Shown one piece after another: positions 37,389 to 51,200 of a DNA stretch of 64,000 nucleotides (the stretch's first letter is position 1; each line of letters begins with the position of its first letter). The translations under genes and the position numbers were made by a program. The stretch lies in the NCBI GenBank assembly GCA_030390025.1, contig CM059428.1:86242001-86306000 (forward strand), given 5' to 3'. This DNA comes from Squalus acanthias. Lineage: Eukaryota. The notes under the pieces are model-generated. The model searched no databases, was not told the DNA's origin, and saw only the letters and a program-made list of their open reading frames with translations.

Positions 37389-39297
37389 ATGACAGAGCTG
37401 GGTCGAAGGGCCGAATGGCCTACTCCTGCTCCTATGTTTCTATGTTGAGCAGCCTAATCAATGGGCCGTTCAAAAAAGGCCCCAAAACTTACAGGAATAT
37501 GGTATTTGTGGAATTTGAAGGAGCTGAACTACTCCTACAGGCTCCACAAAACAACTGTGGGCTGCTGCCGCCCCCCTCCCATTACCTTCCCCCTGCACTT
37601 ACTTGCATTGGTGTGCCCAATTCTTTGCCCACATTATTATGTTGAGGCCCTATTAGGACCAAATTAGGACAGTCATCTCCATTCTGCTGCACCATCGTTG
37701 CGGCTGGTTTGGGGTGCTAACACATCTAGGCCCCTTTGTTTCTATCTACTCTGTGCCACCCTTTCAAAATTTTAAACATCTCAGTCAAATCACCCTTAAT
37801 CTCCTCTGCGCTATGTTGGAAATTGTAATCAGGAAATGCTATAATTACACAGTAGGCCAGCCTGCATCTGAAGAAAGCAGACAAGGATCCTTAAAGTCAG
37901 ATTTTGTCTATTTAAAAACCTGTTTTTGGGTTCTATATTTAACATTAATACTTGGGAGAAAAATCAAGTGGCAAAAAATTGGACCCCAATGAAACAAAAA
38001 CAAAAAAATCAGTAAAAATCAGTTTTTCCTTGGAACAGTTATTTAAAAGGAATTATAAGCCCTGATTTTAACAGGGGCCAGCAGGGCAAGCATCAAGATT
38101 TCCCATGCTCGCTGATGTGAAGCCCAGGCCATATTAACTCCTGGGCCTCATTTAAATAGGACCAGGACCGACTCCCATCCGAACCTGGCATCAATATCTT
38201 CAGCCTGGCGGGCAGGAGTCAGATGCGCGGCCCAGGATGCCATAACCTGAGATCTGTGGGAATGGTGCCTGGCAAGGTAGGTGAGGTTCCTAGGCGATCG
38301 CAGGAAGCCCAAGGCAGCGAAGGTCTAAGGATAGCAAAATACTGCGGATGCTGGAAATCCAAAATAACAGAAAACGCTGGAAAAACTGAAAAGGCCTAAG
38401 GATTCCTTGTGGAGCCAGGAGAAGCACTATGCTCCTCCTGGCACACAAGGAAACCTTTAAAAAATAATAATAATAATTTTACCTTTACAGCCCTCTTCTG
38501 GGCCTGCTGATCCTCAGCTCCAGGTTTCCCTGGTAAGGTTGATGCCAAGCATCGACCTCACTGCTGTCGGTAAAAAGGTAGTCAAGGTCTGAATGACACC
38601 ATCAGATTGTGACTTTCGAATATCAATGAGGATCTTGCTTGCCTGTAAACATTTTGCACGTGTGCAATATTTTAATCTTCTGCATGTCCCATTCTTGTTG
38701 GGCGAGGTGGGGGTGAGGGGGGGGCGAAATCTGGGCTTTAGTTTGCATTGCAGCAATCCAAGAACATTTCTAGCAATAGTGCATGACATAGGAAGCCACC
38801 CACCAAGCACACAACACTGCCATAAGTACCACATTCACGTGGCCCTCTTGAGCATCAGTTCCAGCGCGACGGTTGTTGTGGCTGCTGGTTCACATCCCAA
38901 TTCAGGCATAAAATAATTTCTAGGCCTTAATGTTACGATTTCACAGCGTATTTAAAAATATTTATGTTAGAAAGGGTACAAATAAAGAGCAGTAAGACTG
39001 ATCCCCCAAGTGTAAAGAAGAATAAGCTGTGAGGAAAGATTGGACCATTTGACAGGTTAATGGTCTAGAAAGAAAGTGGTTAAAATGGACTTTATTGAAG
39101 TCTATATCATGATACAGATAAGCTAACCGCAGGATTACTTCAAAGCAGCCAAGAAAGTAGTGGAAATTCGTCAAGAATAAATTGAGAACAGATATGCAAA
39201 AGCTTCCTTACTCAAAGAATGACAAATATTTGAAATAATCTACCAAGCAAGGCGATAGAAGCAAAGCACACTGGGACCATTATTAAAAATAATTAAT

Positions 39298-40229
39298 GGG
39301 CCAGAATTTGCGTACTCAGAGTACGCCATCATACCGCCTTTAAAAAGGACTGCTAGTTCGGGATTTCCGCATGTGCTAAATCCCGAACCTGCGATCTGTC
39401 AAGTTATGACGTGACAGATCATCTGCTCCACCTTGGAAATCCCAATTGCTGCCGCAGAGTTGGGCTAATTGCCCATCAACTGCCCAGCAATTATGTACGG
39501 AGATTTTACGGCTGATGCAAACAGTCGCAGGGCCGGTTTGCATCAGCGTAAGGGGATACCTTAAAAGATTCAAAGCAAAGTTCAGCATGAATTTAGCTCA
39601 CATAAAGTAAAATTGGAACCTTACAACAAATGGAAGCACCGGAGCTCCGTTTGAATAATTTAGTCGTGAGCTTCGTAGAATTTCGAAGAGCTTTTTTAGT
39701 AAGTTTGTTTTGTCTACACATTTTATTGAAATCCTGATGTTGAACTTGGTGCTGTCATTTCACCAGTTTGTTTTGTGCGGGGCAATCTGAATTGATCTGA
39801 TACTAAATCCCAAATAAAGAACGAAATGTTAAACCTAACTATATATTTATAGCTTATTTCCTGACATCAAAGCTTTTAAATTCACCGTACGGTGCTGTTG
39901 TTACTGACCGTGCCTGTTCTGTGAGTGGATTCAACGGGTCAGGTGCCAGTCTGCACCCTCCTTTCTCCTATAAGCCTGATGCTGGTTCCCACATATCTGT
40001 CAAGAGGAAACTCGGCGCTTTCACTGATTGGAGCACCAGGCCCACATGATCCCAGGTACGCTTCCGCACACGCTGCGCCCCTGGGATCCGTGGGCCATTA
40101 CGCTGCCCTCAAGCATGCAGCATCAAACAGCAAGTGCGCAAAGGAGGGTCCCCATCAGGTAAGTTCATATTCTATTCGGATGTCAGTGGCGTACTCTGTA
40201 GGTACGCCGACAACCGCAAGATCTGCCCC
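39298..40229. mobile_element. Older Harbinger-like MITE related to the 53636/61051 family
   Basis: Imperfect TIRs GGGCCAGAATTTGCG / CGCAAGATCTGCCCC. Shares the internal GGCCCACxTGATCCCAGG...CTGCGCCCCTGGGA motif. Confidence 0.6.
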
Positions 40230-41607
40230 ATTGTAAAAGAAGGATGGACTTTGATGGGTCGATTGGTAATTTTTTCAGCCCTGACTTTTCTTATGTTCTT
40301 ATGTAATTATGTAAAGCACGTACCTGGGTTTCTCAATATATAAAGATATTCTTTTTCAGTGTCAGTTGCTACGATCTTAAATTTATATAAGCACTTATTT
40401 TTTGCTTGAAAAACGCAGTGTTGTGCTTTTTCTTCCTCGGATTCTGTTAACAAAACATAAATTAATGACATGGTCAGCAAAACAAATTTTACAATGCCTT
40501 TGAAGATTTCCCACCTGTTTTATTTAAATACATAAACAATGATATCGAAAACATAGCTCTTCGACATGTATTTCTCCAAATTCGCTCAGTGTCATCCCTT
40601 ATCAGGCGACACCAAGAATTTGTTTTGTTTCTGGTGTGTTGTTACATGCTTCAGGCAGGTTTTCCCTCTGTTGGTTCTGGATGCATAGAAATCACACGCA
40701 GGTGAACATGGATCCAATAACATTAATGGTTGGAATTTCCTGGATTACACTTACACAGAAATTACGCTGAATTTTACGCAGGTCTTGCCAAAGAGAATTT
40801 ACGCCCAAATTTCCTGGGGAGCTCATTTGCCTATGATGGAACATAAAAACTGGCATAAAACAAGCGCAAATGCAGTGCCATCAATAGGGGGAATAGAGAG
40901 TGGTTTCTGTCTTTGGCGATTCGAGCTGCTTAGTCCTTCTGAGCACCTTGGTGGGGCATCCAAAAGGTTTTGGTGCATTGAAACTGACAGCACTTTGGTG
41001 ATGTATAGTGCAGGTGTCAGTAAGAAAAATCTTTAAAAATATAAAATTCCAGAAATCTCAGTTACGCCGATATTACATCTACGCAGCACATTATCTGTGT
41101 AAATCCAGGAAATTCACGTGTGCTGTTCTTTTGCATGGAGGGGGGAGCTCTGAAAATGTGTGGCAGGGGGTGTCAGTTGATGTATCTCAGAAGCAGTGCA
41201 ATGATTGAGGAAATTTGCAGGTACAGACGTTTCAGTGTAAAACCAGAATAAATCAGTTACGTGGAAATTTCCTTGGGAATGATTGACCAGTAATCTCAGG
41301 AGATTATTCAGACATTTTGTCCATTTTAAAAGGAAAACATCTGTGTATACAATCAAATAATTATACAGCTTTCAAGAATAATTTTCAGATTTCTATTTTC
41401 TTTCAACAGAGAAATAATACATCAGACATGTGTCGGAACCTTCAACCTCACCCATGGGGTAAGCCGGACGATAGCAGATGGCCGCCCATTATACATCCCA
41501 CTCGATTGAAGTCAATGGAAAGGAAAAGCAGACTGGTCTAGTTAAGTTTCTGGTCAATGAATCATAGAAATTTACAGCACAGAAGGAGGACATTCGACCC
41601 ATCGTGT

Positions 41608-42243
41608 CTGGTGTCCCCCCAGGATGTGATGGTGGGGGATTTGGCGATGGTAATACCGCCACCTCTGGTGGGTCTGTCCTGCCGGTGGGACAGGACATAC
41701 CCAGGGATGGTAATGGAGGAGTCTGGGACATGGGCTGAAAGGTATGATTCTGTGAGTACGACTATGTCAGGGACAGCTCTCCTAATTTTGGCACAAGCCC
41801 TAGATGTTAGTGAGGAGGACTTTGCCGTGTCAATTGGGCTGGGTGTGCCTTTGTCATGTCTGAAGCCGGTGCCTTGGTCAATGCCGGGTGGTCTGTCCGG
41901 TTTTATTCTTCTTATTGTTTTTTGTTGCGGTTTGTACAATTGAGTGGCTTGCTAGGCCATTTCAACCACATTGCTGTGGGTCTGGAGTCACATATAGGCC
42001 AGACCAGGTAAGGACGGCAGATTTCCTTCCCTAAAGGGCATTAGTGAACTAGATGGGTTTTTACGACAATCCAATAGTTTCATGGTTACCATTACTGATA
42101 CTAGCTTTTTATTCCAGATTTATTTAATTAACTGAATTTAAATTTGGCAGCTGCCATGGTGGGATTTGAACTCGCGTCTCTGGATAATTAGTCCAAGCCT
42201 CTGGATTACCAGTCAAGTAACATAACCACTATACTATCATACA
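41608..42243 (-). mobile_element. tRNA-headed LINE, internally deleted copy
   Basis: tRNA-like head, then APE N-terminus (PDIVVLTESYL, IPGYVLSHRQDRPTRGGG) fused to ITIAKSPTI, which is RT C-terminal sequence also seen at ~29487. Confidence 0.8.
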
Positions 42244-42568
42244 GCCTGAAATGTTACTCCATGGTGACACTATTCCCATATCATGAAGATTACTCGTTTA
42301 CAGTGTCACATGCAAGCGGTATTACTGTAAAAGCCTAACCGAACTCTGGCAGCCAGGACTGGTTGTAAGAGAGTATAGCAGGAGTTGGGACTGAAGTTGG
42401 GAGGTAGTAAAATATGATTAGGTTGAAGCAGAGTCCCCAAGGGCAGTAATGTACTCGTGTAACAGATTTTTGGATCATTTCTCCATTGTAACAATCTTAA
42501 CTCGGTTAGTAACCCCCAAGTGTGTTACATAGAGTACGAAACAGCATAATACAAAAGGCAATAGATAC

Positions 42569-42666
42569 CTGAAAGCTGGTCCACCACCACCATTTGAGAA
42601 CATGAGATGCTGCAATTGGCAGGATACACTGCCCAGTAGTTTAACACATGACACTGCACACACTTC
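42569..42666 (-). CDS. ITGB8: Integrin beta-8 exon (short membrane-proximal Cys segment)
   Basis: Acceptor TTTTTAG, (W)KCVQCHVLNYWAVYPANCSISCSQMVVVDQLS, donor GTATCT. 98 nt, phases 2/1 match both neighbours. Confidence 0.9.
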
Positions 42667-44082
42667 CTAAAAATGAAGAGTCAGATAAATCTTCAGTAAC
42701 ATTAATGTAAGTATACACATTTAACTTCAGTGCATTTGTTTATTAATACCTGACTATGTGCAAATTTGTAAATGATTTTGTTAGTGTGAGATACTTGGCC
42801 ATTCTTTGAGACACGCAACTAAAATCAAGCTCATTGAGGGCATAAAAATATATTTTTGCATGGCTCCCTTTAAGAGTTTAAAATAGGTTTTAAGTGCACA
42901 TTTGGTCCTCATTTCCGGGTGGAAAATGAGGGCAAAGAGGAACAATTTTAGGGCACAAAATCCTGCACCCGCTTAACAGGTGCCGCCATATTGAAAAAGG
43001 CAGCTTTTCAGGTGTCCTGGGCAGCTGCCTGAAAAGACATTAGGCCTCTTACATGTGTAAATGAGGGGCCTAACACCTGTTTTAGGGCCCCTTGCAGAAA
43101 TTGGTTTGGATTGAACCTGCTCCGCTCGGGATTCTTCAGTGGTAGCTGTGGCGATGCCATTTAGGAGCGAAATCAGGAAGCACTTTTTCATGTAAAGGGT
43201 AGTGGAAATCTGGAACTGTCACCCCAAAAGGCTATGGATGGTGGGTCAATTGAAATTTTCAAAACCAAAAATGATTGATTTTTGTTGTACAGAGTATCAA
43301 GGCAGGTTACTGGAGTTGAGGTACAGTTCTGTCATGAGAGGGGAAGAAGGCTTGGCGGGGAGAGAAGATGGATTCGGGGGGGGCCGGGGAGTCAGAGAGA
43401 AAGATTGGGAAATGGGAATGGTGTTGGGGCAATTGGGGCTCGAGAGGAGGGAGAAACGGAGACTGGGGGTTGGGAAGATTGGAGCTCAGATGGATGGGAG
43501 AGGGGGAGACTGGGGTTAGCGTGGATATGGGGACCAGCATTTTATGCAGAGTTGGGAGCAGCAGCAATGTGGTGTATGGGAGCTGTGATGTGAGACGAAC
43601 GGCCAGTAGAGGAGTTACAGCAGTGGATTGGAAGAAGCTCAGGAGGAAATACCTGGCAATAATATAGACACATACATAGACAGAAATCCCATGGCACTGC
43701 TTATGATTTTTCAGAGGATCCTCCATTTTGCCAACAACATAATCATATAAATGGTCCCCTTTTGGTAGCACTCATTATGCCAGCACTGCTGTGAAAGGTA
43801 AATTTAAAAAAACTAAAAATATTTAAATATTTTAGAATAAAAAATGAGGCTCTTACTATGCTATGGCACTTAAAGAGTTAATACTATATATTTGTATAGT
43901 ATAATCATTCTATGTATATGGTTCCCCCATGACAAATTCTGTTGTACCACCCGTGCTGATCTGAAAAATAAGCTATGCATTTTTTTCATCTGCCAAAATG
44001 TGTGCGTGTTGTATTAGATTCATTTCAACAACTGTTAGATGCAAAAAAGTAAAATGTGTATGTATGAATTGCACAAGCATAC

Positions 44083-44305
44083 CAGCTGTTTTCACAGGAA
44101 TTTTCACATGTAGGGCAAACCTCGCACAAAGGACCAGACGCTCTGGATTCAGTGCACTGACATCCACCACAGATACATGTCCCTCTTCCATTGCAGATCT
44201 GACCCTGGCCTGTCCTGCAGGACATCAGGGATGATGAACAGTTACAGCTTTCACCTTCCCAGCCGGTGTAGCATTGGCATTCCCCGCCTTTACATTCACC
44301 ATTGC
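44083..44305 (-). CDS. ITGB8: Integrin beta-8 exon (I-EGF repeats)
   Basis: Acceptor TTTCAG, (G)NGECKGGECQCYTGWEGESCNC...CNGRGTCICGGCQC...CEVCPTCENSCENS(W), donor GTATGC. 223 nt, phases 1/2. Confidence 0.95.
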
Positions 44306-46340
44306 CTGAAACAAGAGACACATTAAAGATCCAGGATGATAATTAAACGGGCATGCCAGATCTTGGTTCGCTGGCTGTAGTTAAAAACACCAATTCACCA
44401 TAATCAACTTCATTCACAGACCCCCTCACAGACTTTTACACTGATTTAACAAGAATGTCATGTGTCAGATTTAGTTACATTTTCCAGCGCCCTGTGTGAA
44501 AATACTATGAAAAGAAATTCTGTCAAATATACTCTTGGAATGTTTTTTTCGGAATTATGTTGTAATAATTCTTTTTTATACTAAGCCTTTAAAAAAACTA
44601 TTCTCATTTTAAACTATCACTGTGGACAAGCTTCATAATTTGACAAATATGATCCGGTCAGAAAATTATGTGGTTAGATATAAAAACACTGGGTTCCAGG
44701 TTAGGTAGGCCTCCTTAGCAAAACTCAAAGGAATCTCAGTTACTAATTAAAGTTGGATGCTGGATATTGGTTCTGAAAACCTGTAGTGCTTTCGGGGCCT
44801 TTGAGGCACGACAGTGACGTGAGTTGGACAATATTGGCACAGGATCCTGTTATGCCTGTTATGCCAGGCTTAGAACAGCACTGCGGTTTCCCCGAGTGAT
44901 GCAGTGGCAGACATTCCCTGTGTCTGTCCTTTGAAAGAGTCATCCCAAGTGAAAGTGGGACTGGTGAAATGAGGTCCCCCGTGGCAAATTCCTGCCAGTC
45001 CCACTTCTGGTGCCCCCCAGTGTGCATGAAACAGGGGTCCAGTGCTCTGAAGAAGGCAGAAGCGGGGCCCTCCGGATTCTTAAAGGCCAGTTTTCTTACA
45101 GCAGCCAGTCACACAGCAATCAGCTGCTGCAAAAAAAACAGCCTTTGTGGAAAAGGCCAATCTTTGCTCATTTCTTCTTCTGCTGGCTCTGTTCCACAAC
45201 CATAATTTCTGGGCTCGCTCACCTGAGATCACTCCAGTTGCACTAATACAGGCAATACTTGTATTACCATAGGCACTGGCTGACACCAGAAATTTCCAAT
45301 TGCTGGATGTCAGCTATCCGCAGTACAAGGAAGTCTTGCACTGCCATTGTTGTTCCAACAGTTCAGGACATTCAGGTTTTTGGGCCTGGTGTTTCACTCA
45401 CTTTAAATACAGTGAAACCCCTTCATAACATTTGTGATCCACACAAAAAGTATTTTATAAAAGCAGAGTAATTTGAAAAAAATATTAGTGATTCTTTGTC
45501 TCTGATTAATCTGTACACAAACTCAAAATTCTGCTTCACATATATAACTGGTCAGTAGATTTTGGTTATTATTCACAGCTGTGAAGTAAGGTTCTGGAAA
45601 GAATACCTGAAATTGAACTTTTTACAGACTTGCATCTTATATTTGTTGGAAGTAATGCAACCAATAAAAAATTACTCTTAGACATTTAAGAGTAAAATTT
45701 GCAGCTGTATCACAGTGGCAGTGGGAATGTAATAATGATGGTAAAGAGCAGACATTGCCATGTACAGAGGAGTGACTTCCCTGTATACTGTGAGATCCAC
45801 TCATTACTATATTAGCTCTCTGCACGGAATGGGCACTGTGCAAGGAACATGTTTGCGGTGGGGCAGCACATTTGGTCCAATAAAGACAAAGCTCTAACAA
45901 TCACAGTGCAGGCCAGCCACAGAAAACCAGGCTGTGTGATCCTGACACAAGGGTCTAAATTTCACCGAGTCTGCATCGCCAATGAGGAACCTAGCCCACT
46001 GCCAGCGTACAAAAAAAAATGGCAGGTGCACACCTGTGATTTTCTACTAAGAGCTGGTGGCAAGCAGGGTTCCTTGTCGCTGATGCATGTTTGGAAAATT
46101 TAAACCAAAAGCTGCACACGGGATTTGATGACCCACATATTATTATAAAACAACTTTAATCCCAAGACTGTTCACAGGAAACTTAAGTACAAATATCAGT
46201 TCGTACATGAAGGTAGTGCTGGAGAGGAAAATTGCCAAACATAGAAAGCAGGAAGAAGTTCATTAAAACATGCTTTGAAGATGATGCCCTGTAGGTATTA
46301 ATTGGGAGTTAATGTAACTGTGCAGCAATACAAAAATTTA

Positions 46341-46998
46341 GGCCGGAATTTTCTCAAGGGAGGCGGGTTGAGGGCAGGAGCCCTCCGAGGTGGACAGGAA
46401 ACCCGGAAGGTCGGGTTTCCCGCAGGCCATGCCGACTTTATTGAGAGGCTGGCTGGCTTCAGGCGGGTAGGCCTCGGATGCGAGGGGTTAGTCCGGGGGA
46501 GGGGTCAGCAATCGTGGGGGGGGGGGGGGGGAAATCGCGGGGTCAGCGACCGGATTGTGACCAGCCTCAGCATCATCGGTGGGGTGGGGGTGGAGGCCTG
46601 GGTGGGGATCAGAGGCCTGGAAGGTGGGGGGTCTCCGATCGCGGGGGTGGCTTAGGTAGGGTCCCTGGATCCAGGAGGTAGGTATAAAGCCACTTACCTC
46701 CTGGATGCAACAGTCCCCGCCTCGGTTTAACTGCCGGGTTTCACGAATTGTGTGAAACCTGTCCACATGCAGTTAAATTCAAAATGGAGGTGAAAAGAGA
46801 GGCTTCCAGCCTCATTATAATATTGAAATCGACATTCCGCCACCTGGGAGTGGGTTAGTCGCCCACCCCCAACCCGACTCCGTTAAAACCGGAAGTGGAC
46901 GTGTTGGAGGCAGGATCAGGTTGGGAATCCCATGTTTTAACAATTTAACTGCTCCCACGCTCCAAACCCACCCGTTTTTTTAGGGGAAAATTCTGGTC
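46341..46998. mobile_element. PIF/Harbinger-type MITE
   Basis: TIRs GGCCGGAATTTTC / GAAAATTCTGGTC with TTA on both flanks (canonical 3-bp TWA TSD). A related partial copy lies at ~57165-57790. Confidence 0.8.
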
Positions 46999-47142
46999 TT
47001 AATCTTTGGGTCAGAGGGAAACTTGAAAAGCTGCATTTGATTTGCCAAATGTGCATAGTAGGAGAGGTGAAGGACGTGCTAAGAGCCCAACACACTTGGC
47101 AGAACATGTGCAAGTTTTTGAGCTAAAAAAAGTACCCAAAAA

Positions 47143-47602
47143 AAGATTTGCATTTCTATAGCGCCTTTCACGATCACCGGATGTCCTTTGTGCTTTATAG
47201 CCAATGAAGTACTTTTTTTTTTTAAGTGTAGTCACTGTTGTAATGTAGGAAACGCAGCAGCCAATATGCGCGCAGCAAGCTCCCACAAACAGCAATGTGA
47301 TAATCACCAGATAATCTTTTTTTTAGTGATGTTGATTGAGGGATAAATATTGGCCAGGACACCAGGGATAACTCCCCTGCTCTTCTTCAAAATAGTGCCA
47401 TTGGATCTTTTACGTTCACCTGAGAGAGCAGATGGGATTTAACATTTCATCTGAAAGATGGCACTTCCGACAGTGCAGCACTCCCTCAGCACTGCACTGG
47501 AGTGTCAGCCTAGATTTTTGTGCTCAAGTCTCGAGTGGAACTTGAACCCACAACCTTCTGACTTAGAGGCGAGAGTGCTACCCACTGAGCCACGACTGAC
47601 AC
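47143..47602 (-). mobile_element. DeuSINE (SacSINE1-like), full length
   Basis: Matches 1-466 throughout. Confidence 0.87.
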
Positions 47603-47605
47603 CAA

Positions 47606-48232
47606 GGTAAGGAACCATGATCCACAGTGGAACCCTTGTTCCCCAGGGGCCATCCTTCTGTCTGTGTAATCTCAACTGGAAAGAAGCAGCATGCAAAACT
47701 GGCTCAAAATGAAGGTGTCATGTGAATTGCTAGAGAAGTTGGCACTAACATGCAAGATTCACTGCTCATGATCACAGGCCACCCCGTATATTGAGCAAAT
47801 GGAATGGTTTGTGTTTGACATAACCTCGGGATTGCACGTGGGACATGGATGTCTATTTGGGTGCAATCAATAACTACCTGCATCATCAGAAGGCCAGGCA
47901 TTTGGTAAAAACCAGTACGTTACTGTGGCTCTGGTGGCAGTTGATGTAAATGGCTATGTGACGGAATATGTGTCAGAAACTTCCTTGATGGTGTGGTGAA
48001 CAAAAGACTGACTAATATTGCAAAGGTAGTCCGTGAGGAACTGGAAGGTGCTAGTAGCATAAACATTAAGGGCAGTGGTGACCTTAAGCACTTCTGCCAG
48101 TGTCGAACAAATGGTGAAGTAGGTCCTCCTGCAGCAGCTGGCAGATCTGGGTCAGAGCAGCCCTAGTTGATGACAACCTCCTCAAGGACTGCGCCTCTGT
48201 CATATTGAGGTAGATCCGTCATTGATACACCC
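47606..48232 (-). pseudogene. Harbinger/HARBI1-like DDE transposase relic
   Basis: Manual translation across stops and frameshifts: RIYLNMTEAQSLRRL, LKVTTALNVYATSTFQ..LCNISQSFVH, VIDCTQI, ACDH..ILHVSANF..SHDTFIL, GWPLGNKG..WIMVPY. Confidence 0.8.
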
Positions 48233-51200
48233 ACTAGACAGGGTTATTCTCATCTATTACAGTCTGATTTCATCAGCTTGAAGCTGCTAATGTTATGCTC
48301 CTCTTCTTCCAACTCCATGTGAATGCTGGATTTGTGCTCCATGGTTTTTCAACCAGAAAACATGAACAAAGATGGTGTAAGAAAAGGAGATTTAAATCAA
48401 TAGGAGAAAAAGCCATGAGAAAAAAAAGGAACAGTATCACCTAAATATAAACATCAAAGAAACACGTGGAAAAGAAATAACGACCTAGATTTTCCAATCT
48501 GGGGAGCGAAGATTGAGTGTTGACCCCAACAGATCTTTTAGGATCGGGCTCATTTCAATTTTCTTTTCCATGTATTTATTTGATGTTTATATTTAGGTGG
48601 TACTGTTTCTTTTTTTCTCTCATGGCTTTTTCCCCCTATTGATTTAAATCTAATTTTCTTACACCATCTTTGTTCACTTTTTCTGGTTGAAAAACAAGAC
48701 AATTTGCACCGAGTGGAAAATAAAAATATATATTTTTTAATATTTGAAAAAGGCACCTTGCCTAATGGAATCAATCACTCTGTCCTTTAATATTTAAATT
48801 CTCCCTTCCACTGTCCTTAGCATCACTGGACAGGAGGAAAGCAACATCGTTCCTGACGCCCAGCATTATTAATGATGCTAAAGGTGTTAATCATGGGAAT
48901 AATATTGGACAACACTTCTAGTGTAAAATCCAGGAAGTAGGGGCTGTTCCTGGGAGCTGGTGGCCCAGTTATCGAACCCAATTGCCTCACTACCACCCTA
49001 AATCAGGTGGTGGTGCTATGGGAATCCTGTCTAACAAGCTATATTGTGTGAATAACGCAAGTATGATCAGGACCAAGCAAAAGCCAATATGCTTCGTAAA
49101 ATCACTCAACCAGGAGTGAATGCAACTCCCTTGCTAACTTTTACTATGCAAGATTCTCACACAGATATTATGATACATTAAGCAGCAGGCTTTCCCATAA
49201 AGTTTCTGGAATGTCATTAACAACATCATTTTCTGTTACTTACACAATCTACAGTACTATTAGGCTCAGCAATTCACTTAAAGACTCAAATTTGGAACTA
49301 GCAGCTAAAACAGAAGACACAATCAACCTCTGGCACTAGGAACACTGCTATAAGGCAAGTATATTTTATACAGTAGCTGACTATGAACAGTGGGATTTTG
49401 GAGCCAGTGCTATATCACAGATTGGGGTGTATCAGATGTCTGCCATGGTGAGAGCTGAGAGGCCTACTACATAAACATTACAAGAAAACTGTCGATAAAA
49501 ACAGCTAATAATCAGTGAATTACAGTACAAATAGCCATACAGAGTGGTAATTTAGCACTCCACACAGCTTTATATTTGCAGATGCTAGTTTTAGGAATTA
49601 TTGCCTAGATTGGGGAGGTGATTATCCTACAAATGAATTTGAGCCTAATCGAAAGAGTTATCAACATAGGGTAGATATTTGGGGTGAGATTCTGGTGGAG
49701 TGCTGGAGGTTGCAATTTGGGGCGAATCCAAATTTGCCAGGTCTCCCCAACCCTCTAAAGTTGCCCTCAAGATCCCAATCCAGGAGCGGCAGATGATTCT
49801 CCTGCCCATCCCGTATGCTGCTCCCGAGGTTTGTGGCATTTCTGGGGGTGTTCCCAGGCTATATCAGGAATTTCACACCAATGGCTTCCGTTGGCCTAGC
49901 AAGACCTACATCTGCTGAGAGGAGGTGTAGATTCCATTCTGCACCTTAAGTGGGACCTACAATGGAGAAGGCAAAAGGCAATCAATCTCAAAAGGATCAA
50001 TTGCCATTGGAAGAGCAGTCTGACTCTGCCTTGATTCAGGCCTTGGGCGCCCTCTCTCAGAACAGCATGGTGCTGCTCCTAGCTCCCAGTGGGAGTGCGG
50101 GCTTTCTGCCTCTGTTATGCCTTTATAGACACAGGGCGCATGCCCTGAATATTTCATTGGCTGCATTCCTAGGATTTGGGACGGGGTTGTGGGAGCTCAC
50201 AGTGATGGACGAACGTCCCGCCCAGCTGCACTTATGTCCTCTCACCAGGTTTAGGCTTATTTGTTCCTCCATTTCATAAAATTTAAAATGTCCACAATCC
50301 AAATCTTCCATTTTACAGTTCAGAAACAGAAATTTGAACGTACCTAAATTGAAATCTAGTAAAAGCACAGTTCTGCCAATTTGCTGTTTATGTTCCAGTA
50401 AACTTGGATTTCTCATTCACACTTGGTTACTTAAAGGAGCCTAGGTTATGGACAGGGTAATGTTTTTAGCTGAAGAACCTAATTACCACTTTCTTTGTTA
50501 ATAGTATATGAAACCAAGCTCTTTCTATCCTTTAGTTGCAGCTTGCCAAAATAGGAACTGTACCCTGCTCACTGTACCCTGCTCATAACCAGTCAAATGT
50601 CAGTTATGTACTTACTCACAAAACTAATTCTCTGCCAAGTTCTACAACGCATGTGTTGCTGCATGTACAGTAATCCAGATTGTAAATTACATTTTCTAAC
50701 CACCAGGGGGAAGTCACTTAATATAATACAGTACACCTTTAAACAACAGGGTATTAACATTTTGATACAGATCCATAAATACATTCACACTGTAGGGGTA
50801 ATGTTATGAATTTGTATTCCCTGTGTGGGGCTTCGCTTGGAAGTGATGAATATTAGGAATTCAGGCATGTGCTCTACATGATTTTCCATTCATTAAAACT
50901 TTTTTCTTTCCAAAGTTTTTTGAAAGAAAATGTGGAAAGTTTTATAGTGCAACTGAACTTAAGTTGACCACAGTGAGTTTATCCTGCTGAAGAAAGAAAT
51001 TCAATGTGAAAGAAAAATCAAATGCAGCAACAGCCAACAATCCATAACACATGTGATGCTTTAAAATGTTAAACAACATATTGGGCCAAATCTTCCTGGA
51101 ACAATTATGCCGGGTTAACGAAGCACACCATTATTGACAGGAACATAGGAACAGGAGTAGGTCATTTAGCCCCTTGAACCTGTTCCGCCATTCAATGAGA

